Origin: Chamaesiphon sp.
GTDB taxonomy: Bacteria; Cyanobacteriota; Cyanobacteriia; Cyanobacteriales; Chamaesiphonaceae
Assembly: GCA_965246715.1 (NCBI GenBank)
Contig: CBDFFH010000039.1
Location: forward strand, 64,001-128,000
Length of the DNA stretch: 64,000 bases
Direction of reading: 5' to 3'
The notes under the pieces are model-generated. The model ran no database searches. It saw only the letters and a program-made list of their open reading frames with translations, and was not told the DNA's origin. Of the stretch, positions 55,445 through 64,000 are shown one piece after another. A program made the position numbers and the translations under genes. Positions within the stretch are counted from its first letter, which is position 1; every line of letters starts with the position of its first letter.

Positions 55445-56641
55445 TTACTGTTGTGCTGGCTCTAGCCGAATGAGTTGACCGTCAGATTCGTCAGTCAAAA
55501 TATACAATAACTCATCGGGGCCTTGACGGACATCTCTAACCCTCGCACCAATTGAGATCTTCTCTTGGTTGACGACTTTACCATTGGCATCTAGCTCGAT
55601 TCTTCGCAACGTTTGCTCGACCAAACCACCTGCAAAGAGATTTTTTTGCCATTGCGGAAATCGCTTCCCATTGTACGCTGTCAAACCTGAAGGGGCGATC
55701 GAAGGTGTCCAAACTGCTTTGGGATCTTCCATGCCTGGTAATGATTTATTCGGTGAAATATCTTGATTAGGGAATTCGTACTCTTTACTGTATGTAGCCA
55801 GCGGCCAGCCGTAGTTTTTACCTTTTTGAACCAGGTTGAGTTCGTCACCGCCTTTCGATCCGTGTTCTGTCGCCCAAACTCTTTTGGTAACTGGGTCGAA
55901 GGTCATGCCTTGAATATTCCGATGTCCGTAGCTCCAGATTGCTGGGTTGGTACTCGCATCTTTGACGAAGGGATTATCGCGGGGAATCGAACCATCATTT
56001 TTGAGTCGGAGGACTTTACCGAGCTGGCTGCGCCGATTTTGCGCTTGGTAGCGCGGTAATTTACCATCGATCGTCAGTGGTGGATTGCCCCCATCACCAA
56101 GCGATAATAACAGCGTATTGTCTGGTAGCCAAGTAATCCGCGAACCAAAATGTTGTGTCCCAGATTTGACTGGAGAAGCATCAAAGATAACCTGGAGATT
56201 TTTTAGGTCTTTGCCATCAAATACGGCTCTAGCTAACCGCGTGCGATTGGCGGTGTCGGTACCATGAGCATAGGTGAGATACACCAGCCGATTTTTGACA
56301 AATTGCGGATGGAGCGAAATATCCATCAATCCCCCTTGTCCGCTGGCAAATACCGCCGGAACGCCACCGATCGGATTAGGATCGAGTACCCCATTTCGCA
56401 CGATTCTCAGCCGCCCAGGACGCTCGGTAACGAGCATGGTACGATCTGGCAACCAAGCTACGCTCCAAGGGTGCTCTAATCCATTCACCACTGAGACTAG
56501 ACGATAGGATGGCGCGGGAGTTTGGGCATTAAGAACATCTGGTTTCTGGGGATTGCAAGCGCAAGCCAAACTCGATAACACCGCTAGGGCGATTGTTTTC
56601 AAGGATAGGAAATTCCCAGAGGGTTTGGTGAGGAGGTTCAT
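55445..56641 (-). CDS. PQQ-dependent glucose/sorbosone dehydrogenase (likely lipoprotein)
   Basis: GLEHPW, TERPGRL, GQGGL.D, HFGSR, YGHRN.QG, EHG..GGDELN, RVRDV. Confidence 0.88.
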   Translation of the reverse strand: MNLLTKPSGNFLSLKTIALAVLSSLACACNPQKPDVLNAQTPAPSYRLVSVVNGLEHPWSVAWLPDRTMLVTERPGRLRIVRNGVLDPNPIGGVPAVFASGQGGLMDISLHPQFVKNRLVYLTYAHGTDTANRTRLARAVFDGKDLKNLQVIFDASPVKSGTQHFGSRITWLPDNTLLLSLGDGGNPPLTIDGKLPRYQAQNRRSQLGKVLRLKNDGSIPRDNPFVKDASTNPAIWSYGHRNIQGMTFDPVTKRVWATEHGSKGGDELNLVQKGKNYGWPLATYSKEYEFPNQDISPNKSLPGMEDPKAVWTPSIAPSGLTAYNGKRFPQWQKNLFAGGLVEQTLRRIELDANGKVVNQEKISIGARVRDVRQGPDELLYILTDESDGQLIRLEPAQQ

Positions 56642-56702
56642 ACCTAATTTTGGGTGGCGATAGATATTTCGGCGGGTTGGCACTGTCCGCCTATCTATAT
56701 TT

Positions 56703-58499
56703 TTACATCCTTTCCAATACAGGAATACCCAATAAATTTAATCCTAGCTTCAGTGTTTTAGCCGTGAGATCGCATAAGATCGCTCGCGATGTCCGGATCG
56801 GTTCTTCTGCTTGTAAAACTGGGCAATTTTCAAAAAATTGATTGTATTTTTGACTGAGTTCAAATAAATATTGGCATAAACGATTGGGTAGTAAGTCTTG
56901 TTCGACTTCAGTAATAATCGTACTTAATTGAAGTAGCTGCTTGGCAAGAGTGAGTTCTGCTTCTTCATTGAGTAAAATTTGGGCGTTGTCATCGAGATTA
57001 TCGAAATCGATATCACCTTTACGACCGATCCCCCGTACCCGCACGTAGGCATACATCATATAGGGTGCAGTATTCCCTTTGTCTGACAACATCTTATCGT
57101 AGCTAAAGACATAATTACTCAACCGATTTTGGCTCAAATCGGCATATTTAATCGCACTCAAACCGACAACTGTGGCACTATTGGCGATGAATTCGGGAGT
57201 CTCATGACGATCTTCTGCGGCCAATCTCGATTCTAAAAGGGAACGGAATCGCTCGATCGCTTCATCGAGCAATTCTTTTAATTTAATCGCCTCACCCGAG
57301 CGAGATTTAATTCTTTTTCCGTCCTCACCCAACACCAACCCAAATGGAACGTGAACGATTTCCACATTCTTGGGCACCCATCCCGCTTGTTTCGCTACTT
57401 GGAAAAATTGGGCAAAATGACCCGCTTGTCCGGAGTCGGTAATATAGATAATTCGGTCGGCTTTGTCGGCTTGAATCCGATATCTAACAGCGGCTAAATC
57501 CGTAGTGGCATAATTATAACCACCATCGGTTTTCTGAATAATTAGCGGTAACGGCTCGCCTTCTCTATTCGTATAACCATCGATGAAAACGCACTGTGCG
57601 CCGTCACTTTCGACTAATAATCCCGACTCGCGCAGATCTGCAACTACCGCAGGTAAATAGGGATTATAGAATGATTCACCCCGTTCGGTCAGTCGCACGT
57701 TCAAGCGATCGTATATTACCTGAAATTCTCGCCGCGATTGGTCGCAGAGCAGTTGCCATGCTTTGATACTTTCGGGATCTTGGGCTTGCAATTTGACAAC
57801 TTCTTTTCTGGCAGCTTCTTGAAACTCGGCATCTTCGTCAAAACGTTTTTTGGCTTGCTTATACAGCTCGACCAAATCGCCCAAATCGAGCGCGTCGGCA
57901 GTGGTTAGCGCTTGGGGATAATTTTCCCGCAAGTAGAGAATCAACATCCCAAACTGCGTCCCCCAATCGCCGACGTGATTGAGTCTGAGCACATCATGAC
58001 CGCGAAATTCTAATACCCGCGCGATACAATCGCCCAAAATAGTCGATCGCAAGTGTCCGACGTGCATCTCCTTGGCGATATTCGGACTAGAAAAATCTAC
58101 TACCACCCGCTGGGGGTGCGCTGCTACTGGCACTCCCAAGCGTTCGTTCGCACGCATTGTTTGGAGTTGAGTGGCTAAATAACTGGGCTTGACGATAAAA
58201 TTAATAAAACCTGGCCCGGCGATTTGCGGCGGCTCGCAAACTTCGGCGACATCGAGATTATCGACGATCGATTGCGCGAACGCGCGCGGCGGCTGTCCCA
58301 ACTGCTTGGCTAAACCCATCGCCATATTTGCCTGGTAATCGCCAAACTTCGGATTGCTCGACAGCACTAATTGTGGATCTGTCCCAGCATATTCAGCCCC
58401 CAATGCCGCGATTATCGCCCGATCGAGTTGACTAGTCAAATAGGCAATCGTCGTGGGTTGCTCGCTGGATTTGGGATCTGGGTTCGACTCGCTCGCCAT
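56703..58499 (-). CDS. argS: arginine-tRNA ligase
   Basis: [41 protein letters not shown]-terminal ERM. Confidence 0.97.
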   Translation of the reverse strand: MASESNPDPKSSEQPTTIAYLTSQLDRAIIAALGAEYAGTDPQLVLSSNPKFGDYQANMAMGLAKQLGQPPRAFAQSIVDNLDVAEVCEPPQIAGPGFINFIVKPSYLATQLQTMRANERLGVPVAAHPQRVVVDFSSPNIAKEMHVGHLRSTILGDCIARVLEFRGHDVLRLNHVGDWGTQFGMLILYLRENYPQALTTADALDLGDLVELYKQAKKRFDEDAEFQEAARKEVVKLQAQDPESIKAWQLLCDQSRREFQVIYDRLNVRLTERGESFYNPYLPAVVADLRESGLLVESDGAQCVFIDGYTNREGEPLPLIIQKTDGGYNYATTDLAAVRYRIQADKADRIIYITDSGQAGHFAQFFQVAKQAGWVPKNVEIVHVPFGLVLGEDGKRIKSRSGEAIKLKELLDEAIERFRSLLESRLAAEDRHETPEFIANSATVVGLSAIKYADLSQNRLSNYVFSYDKMLSDKGNTAPYMMYAYVRVRGIGRKGDIDFDNLDDNAQILLNEEAELTLAKQLLQLSTIITEVEQDLLPNRLCQYLFELSQKYNQFFENCPVLQAEEPIRTSRAILCDLTAKTLKLGLNLLGIPVLERM

Positions 58500-59047
58500 G
58501 AAAATACTCCTAAAAATTTATTAATAAAGCAAAATATCGCTCGGAGAAAATTTCCGAACCTATTTCTGAATCATGGAGGCGCACCGATTGCACCACAGAT
58601 AAATAACTTTTACCGTCGTAGCCGACGAGCGATGTTAGCAACAAGTTTGGCTAGATCGAGCTGTGACTCACAGAGTGTAGAGGCATTCAGTTGGTGAGTG
58701 TAGCGACACCGATCTCGTAAACTATGCATTTTTTAAAAACCAGCCGGACGGAATTTACCCCGGATCTTAAATGTATATCTGTTATAGCATTAAGTCCTCG
58801 ATCGAGCAATAGTCGCGATTCGGATCGCTCCAGCTAGAGTCCACTCACCTAAGTGTCACATCTAACTAAATTTTTCGCTCCATAACTAGGTACAATCGCA
58901 GGTAACGATCGACAATTACCGGATCTACATACTCATCCTCAATATTGAAGCCGTACGGAATCTTCAAACTAGATCGATTGGGATTTAGTTACCGCTAGCA
59001 AATATATACACCCACCCCCATTACCCCACCAACTTATAGATCGGCCT

Positions 59048-60304
59048 ATGTTGCCTGCGAAAACACCTACAGAAGCGAGCGGATTTAAAGCGCTACTCAA
59101 AAATCGTGATTTTTTACTCCTGTGGAGCGGGCAAATCCTATCGCAGATTGCAGATAAAGTATTGATCGTGATGTCGATTGCGTTGTTACCGAGCTACAAC
59201 ATCCCAGTTAAAATTGCGGCATCTTCTAGTTCGTATTTGATGGTAGCTACTACTATCCCCGCAATTTTCTTTGGTGCGGCGGCGGGAATATTTGTCGATC
59301 GCCATCGTAAAAAGAAGATTATGGTTGTCGCCGATATTTTGCGAGGGTTGTTAATTCTCTTATTGCCGGTATTGCCAAAGGAATTTGCGATCCTGTTGGT
59401 GATTACTTTTGCTAGCTCGACAGTGACTCAAGCATTCGCACCAGCCGAACAGTCTGCGATTCCATTGGTTGTCAAGAACGAGAATTTATTAACGGCGAAT
59501 GCTTTATTTACTACAACGCAAACTGCTTCCTTAATTGTCGGATTTGCGATCGGCGAACCAATTTTGACTGCTGCAACTAATATTAGTAAAAATGGCGCAC
59601 AAGAAATACTGGTAGCATCGCTGTATTTTGCCGCAGCCGGATTGGGACAGTTGGTTAAGATCGAAGAAACTTTAGATAATCGTCACGATAGTAAAAGAAT
59701 CAATCCTTGGAATGAGTTAAAAGATGGGTTTAGGTATCTGCGGAGCAATAAGTTGTTATTAAATGCGATGATGCAAATAGCAGTGTTGTCTTTCACGATC
59801 GCTGCCTTGCCCGTGCTGGCAATCAAACTTACGGCAGAAGTTGGGTTAGAACCCAAGCAATTTGGGTTTTTGGTGGCCGCAGCAGGGATTGGATTAGTTT
59901 TGGGTGCGGGAATTTTGGGTCATTGGGGCAGTCACTTTCAACAAAAATCACTCCCCTTAGTAGGTTTTTTGGGAATGAGTTTGGTGCTAGCAATTTTTAC
60001 ATTCGTTAATAATATCTGGATGGGTTTATTGTGTGGGGGAGTTTTAGGATTTGGTGCGTCGCTAATTGCCGTACCGATGCAAACTCTCATCCAAGAAAAG
60101 ACTCCAGAATCGATGCGCGGCAAGGTGTTTGGCTTTCAAAACAATGCTGTGAATATTGCTGTGGCGATCCCACTAGTTATTACTGGCCCGCTGACAGATA
60201 AATTTGGCTTACAGCCTGTTCTCTGGGGTATGAGTATCATCGTCACGATCGCGGGGATCTTGACATGGAAAGCTACTAGTCAAGTCTTAGAAGATGCTGT
60301 CTAA
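59048..60304 (+). CDS. MFS transporter
   Basis: About 12 TM segments, G.FVDR..KK motif A, P...RGKVFG. Confidence 0.9.
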   Translation: MLPAKTPTEASGFKALLKNRDFLLLWSGQILSQIADKVLIVMSIALLPSYNIPVKIAASSSSYLMVATTIPAIFFGAAAGIFVDRHRKKKIMVVADILRGLLILLLPVLPKEFAILLVITFASSTVTQAFAPAEQSAIPLVVKNENLLTANALFTTTQTASLIVGFAIGEPILTAATNISKNGAQEILVASLYFAAAGLGQLVKIEETLDNRHDSKRINPWNELKDGFRYLRSNKLLLNAMMQIAVLSFTIAALPVLAIKLTAEVGLEPKQFGFLVAAAGIGLVLGAGILGHWGSHFQQKSLPLVGFLGMSLVLAIFTFVNNIWMGLLCGGVLGFGASLIAVPMQTLIQEKTPESMRGKVFGFQNNAVNIAVAIPLVITGPLTDKFGLQPVLWGMSIIVTIAGILTWKATSQVLEDAV

Positions 60305-60341
60305 ATTTCAGTTTTATCCTACCTAATAATGGGGAATACTG

Positions 60342-60390
60342 TATAAAGAAGCGATCGGTTTACTGAAGATAAACCGATCGCTTCTTTATA
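60342..60390. terminator. perfect 21-bp inverted repeat, probable bidirectional terminator
   Basis: TATAAAGAAGCGATCGGTTTA - 7 nt - TAAACCGATCGCTTCTTTATA between convergent genes. Confidence 0.75.
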
Positions 60391-60485
60391 TAGGTAGGTA
60401 TAATTATTTATTAAATAGACAATGCCTGAAACCTAATCGGTGGGCAGTGCCCACCCTACTAACTGACTATATTTTTCGACATCTC

Positions 60486-62720
60486 CTAAGGTTCGATAAA
60501 TGTATCGACATTCCCATCAGGTTGGAGCAGTACCCGGATTTTTTGGTCGCTATTACCTGCGACTGGCGAGACAATTTTTTGACCTGGCTTGATGAGTTTG
60601 GTTTGTTTGAGATAGTCAGTTGCAGCTTCACCTTGAGGGTTGACGCTCCGCACTACACCATTTTTGCCGTTAACATCAAGGACGTATTGTAGTGAATTTG
60701 TTTGGGTGGGATTGGCTTTCCATTTGCCTTGAAAATAGCGTTTGGCCTCTTGAAGAGACGAATTTTCAATTGACTCGGCACCTACTTGGCCGTTGCTGGC
60801 TTGAATGGGTCGATCGGGAACGACTGCTGGAGTTGGGGATTCACCACCAGTGATATTATTAGGCGGTACGGGTTTCTCCGCTGATGACGGTTGGGGTGTA
60901 ATTAGATTGGGATTGGATTTGTACGTCTTTGGCTCGATCGTGGGAGATGGGGTCAAAAATGGTACTGTTGAGGAGCTTGCTTGGGGTCTGGGCTTGGTGG
61001 CGATTTTTGGTTTGACTGACGAGTTGGTGACTTTTTTAGGAGTGTAAGGATCGACGATCGCGGGTGGAGTGACGATCGCGGGTGGATTGATGCCGCCACC
61101 AACTGGGGTATTTTGTGGGGGGATGGCAGTTTGATTGGAGCGGGGGGTCGAATTGCGATCGCTAGGGAGATCTTGTGGCAGCAAAATCGGTTGGGTAGAT
61201 AGCGATATATTGCCAGTATTAGTTGCCTTTGGTGTTGCTTTGGTCGATGGGTTGGTTTTTGCTGCAGCGACTGAAGTAGTTTTGCTGGTGGGAGTTGTCG
61301 GGATCTTGGTGCTAGGTTTAGCAGCAACAGGTGGTGTCGTTGTGACAGCGCTTGGTGCGCTACCGATCCCTCCTGTCAATGGATTGATGGGAGCCTGTGT
61401 GCCAGAGACGATCGCTGGCAATGTAGTGGTTCCAAGATTATTTTTGGCAATTTGCCCGCTCTGACTGCCAGTAGGTGCAGTCGGTAGCGTATTTTTGGGT
61501 GGTTGCACCGACTGTGCTTGCCAAGGTTTGGGCAGTGCCGCACTCGGAGCACCACTAGAATTAGTAGCGAGGGTGCCATCAGCGCCAGTACTCGAATTAG
61601 TTGGTTGTGAGCTTGTCGGGCGCGATCCGACTGGTTTTTTATCGCCAGTGCGATCGGCCGATAGCCAGTTCGGCATTTTTAGCGTGCCAGCCCACTCCTG
61701 GAAGGAATTATTCGAGCCGGAACCAAACAGTAATAATGGTGCGCCGACTAGGAGTGCGGCCGCTGCCGCCCAAGGTATCGCCGACATCCATCCCGATCGA
61801 GAACGTCGCCGATAGTAGACGGGATTTGCTTCTGGCTCGGTGGTCATTCGGGGTAAATTGGGCAACCGCGATAGTGAAGCAGCAGTAGCTTCGGCCTCCG
61901 CTCGCTTGACCCCACCCGCTGCCAGCGATTGGGCATGGACTTTAGTACCACTTTGGCTGGTAGTTACTTGAGTTGCGACGTACTCATCTAAAACTGTCGC
62001 AAGATCGAATAATTGAATGGCTGATAAGATCTGGATCTCCCCAGACTCAGGAGTGGCTAAATCGCCGAGATGCAGTTGGTGGTCGAGCGATCGATTGCCA
62101 CCTGTCAGATAGGGTTGTTTGGGTGTATTTGCGGCGGTCTCGGACTCATCCGTAGCAGGACTGGGCGGGACGGAGCTGGGGGGAATCGATCGGGCGAGAT
62201 CGCTTTGGGGCAGATTCTGGCGATCGCGTTGATTCATGAACCCGATTAATTTTGAGATTTTACCATGACCCGATTGTGTCGATCGGTCAGCAGGGGGAGT
62301 CTCTGCTGCGGTTTTGGGCTGGCTATTGCGCAGTCCTGGCAAATTTTGCATCAGTCCCGATGTTGGCGGTGTCGGGGGCGGTGCGGGCACCGATCGATCT
62401 CTCGGTGGGTCGATCTCCGTCAAATGCTGCGGCTGTGCTGGTGAGTGACTATCGGTGGTGGTTGGGATCGGAAACTTGGCGATCAGGTCGGTGATATAAG
62501 TGCTGACGATCGACTGGAGATTTTCTAATGACCGCAGATCGCCTTGTAAAGTAGTGCGCTCTAACTCGCCGCGATCGGGATGATCGATCTCCAGCACAAA
62601 ATTGCCGACATGCGGTGGCTGTTGCGAATCGAGGTGAGATAACTGCTTGGCCTTGCTACTTACTTTGAGGGTGCAAGTTGGCGCGGTATACGTGCTGGTT
62701 GGCGAGTTGTGAGATTCCAT
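60486..62720 (-). CDS. DUF4335-like protein with central TM helix and long P/T/S-rich region
   Basis: YT.PTCTL, QLFDLA..LDEY, EA..YFQ..W....LQY motifs; paired with the DUF3038-like gene. Confidence 0.7.
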   Translation of the reverse strand: MESHNSPTSTYTAPTCTLKVSSKAKQLSHLDSQQPPHVGNFVLEIDHPDRGELERTTLQGDLRSLENLQSIVSTYITDLIAKFPIPTTTDSHSPAQPQHLTEIDPPRDRSVPAPPPTPPTSGLMQNLPGLRNSQPKTAAETPPADRSTQSGHGKISKLIGFMNQRDRQNLPQSDLARSIPPSSVPPSPATDESETAANTPKQPYLTGGNRSLDHQLHLGDLATPESGEIQILSAIQLFDLATVLDEYVATQVTTSQSGTKVHAQSLAAGGVKRAEAEATAASLSRLPNLPRMTTEPEANPVYYRRRSRSGWMSAIPWAAAAALLVGAPLLLFGSGSNNSFQEWAGTLKMPNWLSADRTGDKKPVGSRPTSSQPTNSSTGADGTLATNSSGAPSAALPKPWQAQSVQPPKNTLPTAPTGSQSGQIAKNNLGTTTLPAIVSGTQAPINPLTGGIGSAPSAVTTTPPVAAKPSTKIPTTPTSKTTSVAAAKTNPSTKATPKATNTGNISLSTQPILLPQDLPSDRNSTPRSNQTAIPPQNTPVGGGINPPAIVTPPAIVDPYTPKKVTNSSVKPKIATKPRPQASSSTVPFLTPSPTIEPKTYKSNPNLITPQPSSAEKPVPPNNITGGESPTPAVVPDRPIQASNGQVGAESIENSSLQEAKRYFQGKWKANPTQTNSLQYVLDVNGKNGVVRSVNPQGEAATDYLKQTKLIKPGQKIVSPVAGNSDQKIRVLLQPDGNVDTFIEP

Positions 62721-62741
62721 ATCGATCTGAAAATAAGTATT

Positions 62742-63335
62742 TTAAATTTGAGTTGTCGAACTGGCTGATAAGTGAGACCTTTGTAATAGCGCGTTCCAAA
62801 GTCGCTTGTGACCTTTCGGGCTACTGTAAAATAACAGTTCGATTAGCACTCCGAGCGCAGCTTTAGAGAGAATTTCAAAAGCTAAATCTGTCGGTTTGCC
62901 GCTGCGCTCTTGATATATTTTAATAAAATTACTTATGTAGTCGGCTAACGAGGGCGATTGCAGCGGTAGCTGACGATACTCGATCGTTTGTTCCCAATAA
63001 CTAATGTTGCGCCGGATGAGAGCCTGATACTCGTGGGCGAGATGACTGATAACTAATACTAATGCCCGGAGTTCTTTAACGTCAAGTCGTTGGAGCGATT
63101 TGGTTGGCGGCAACGACCAGCTATCGATCCACTCGGCCACGATCGACTCTAATTGCAAATCTCGGGAGGCTTGTCCGATCTCGATCTTCCCGATTTGTGT
63201 CAGTGCTACTAAGGCGATGGCGATCGTCTCTACATTGTCAGCCATCCGTTCGAGCTGAGCCGGATCGAGATCGGCATTGAGTAATAGATCGTCCCACTTG
63301 GCTGTTGATGCAGGCATCAGTTGAATAGATATCAT
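62742..63335 (-). CDS. DUF3038-like cyanobacterial protein
   Basis: E.R.LVL.I..LA, L.DYI..F...YQER, LI.LLFYS...G..RLW.ALL. Confidence 0.7.
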   Translation of the reverse strand: MISIQLMPASTAKWDDLLLNADLDPAQLERMADNVETIAIALVALTQIGKIEIGQASRDLQLESIVAEWIDSWSLPPTKSLQRLDVKELRALVLVISHLAHEYQALIRRNISYWEQTIEYRQLPLQSPSLADYISNFIKIYQERSGKPTDLAFEILSKAALGVLIELLFYSSPKGHKRLWNALLQRSHLSASSTTQI

Positions 63336-64000
63336 GAAGATTAACTAAAGCCGAGAACACAATTCGCATTTACTAACAGTGCGGAAGCTCAAAACCCGTG
63401 GCGACTAACGATCGACGATTTGTTGTAGCAACGCGACACGAACGGATGCTGTCTGCTTGACATTGGAATTATCCACTCTTAATATACTGAAGCATTTACG
63501 GAGTAGATGTTTCGAGATCGGGGAGTCAATCTTCCCGCTGGCACATCGAACTACTCGCGCATGTGACTTTCACCTAGAGTATGAAGGTTAGTTAAATATT
63601 TGTGTGGCAGCACTCATTGTATCATAACCGCCTACGTCTAACTAACCAAAATAGTTAGTGCCAAACAACCCCATGAGACTCGAGCGACCGAGATTTTGTT
63701 AACCGTTGCCGTAATAGCCACCCTACGCGATCGTGTCAGCTTTTGATAAAATATCTATACAGACTGTTCACCATAAACCGAATCGCTACAATCTTTGTTC
63801 GCGTAGCGTCTCGCATCGAGAATCGATAGTTACGCGGTGGAGTTGACTTTTTCCAATCAGAGCGAACTAACATGCCGGATAGTTGTCAGTGTTTTCAGCG
63901 CGATCGTGACGCTCTTGTCGCGTCATCGATGGCAAATCGCCGTCAATTTCTCCGCCATCTCGTCGGCGCGGGTGTGCTGGCAACAGCCCTGACGATCGAG

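Noticed and set aside
63830..64000. Possible 3' end of a minus-strand gene at the right edge
   Set aside because: Too short to assign a frame or family.

Overview
64-kb chromosomal window from a cyanobacterium (psbA, chlH, ycf37, Rubisco-activase-like gene, very abundant CGATCG/HIP1-type palindromes). The TCGATCGA bias and LRR-DUF6745 genes suggest a Chamaesiphon-like genome (inference only). Housekeeping genes (lpdA, rpmI, rplT, fabG, psbA, chlH, pheT, ispG, frr, pyrH, cofG, clpB, argS) are interleaved with accessory DNA. Two structures missing from the ORF track stand out. (1) A decayed type V-K CRISPR-associated transposon end at 3273-4014: Cas12k C-terminal fragment, 5' part of the tracrRNA, a mini CRISPR array, a 17-nt homing spacer identical to the adjacent tRNA-Thr(CGT), and a Tn7-like end. 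(2) A three-intron nest at 52120-~55240: the 34-nt catalytic domain V of a relic group II intron is split by a complete RT-encoding IIA intron, and a second, truncated IIB intron sits exactly at the 3' edge of that domain. Both invaders carry EBS sequences complementary to the host domain V. Also present: an H-NOX / HNOBA-kinase / REC / REC-STAS cluster, two near-identical ISAs1 copies with 10-bp TSDs, an IS1-family element with a matching MITE, modular MITEs, a 24-nt mobile repeat, two toxin-antitoxin pairs and several pseudogene fragments. All family assignments are by motif recognition; no searches were run.
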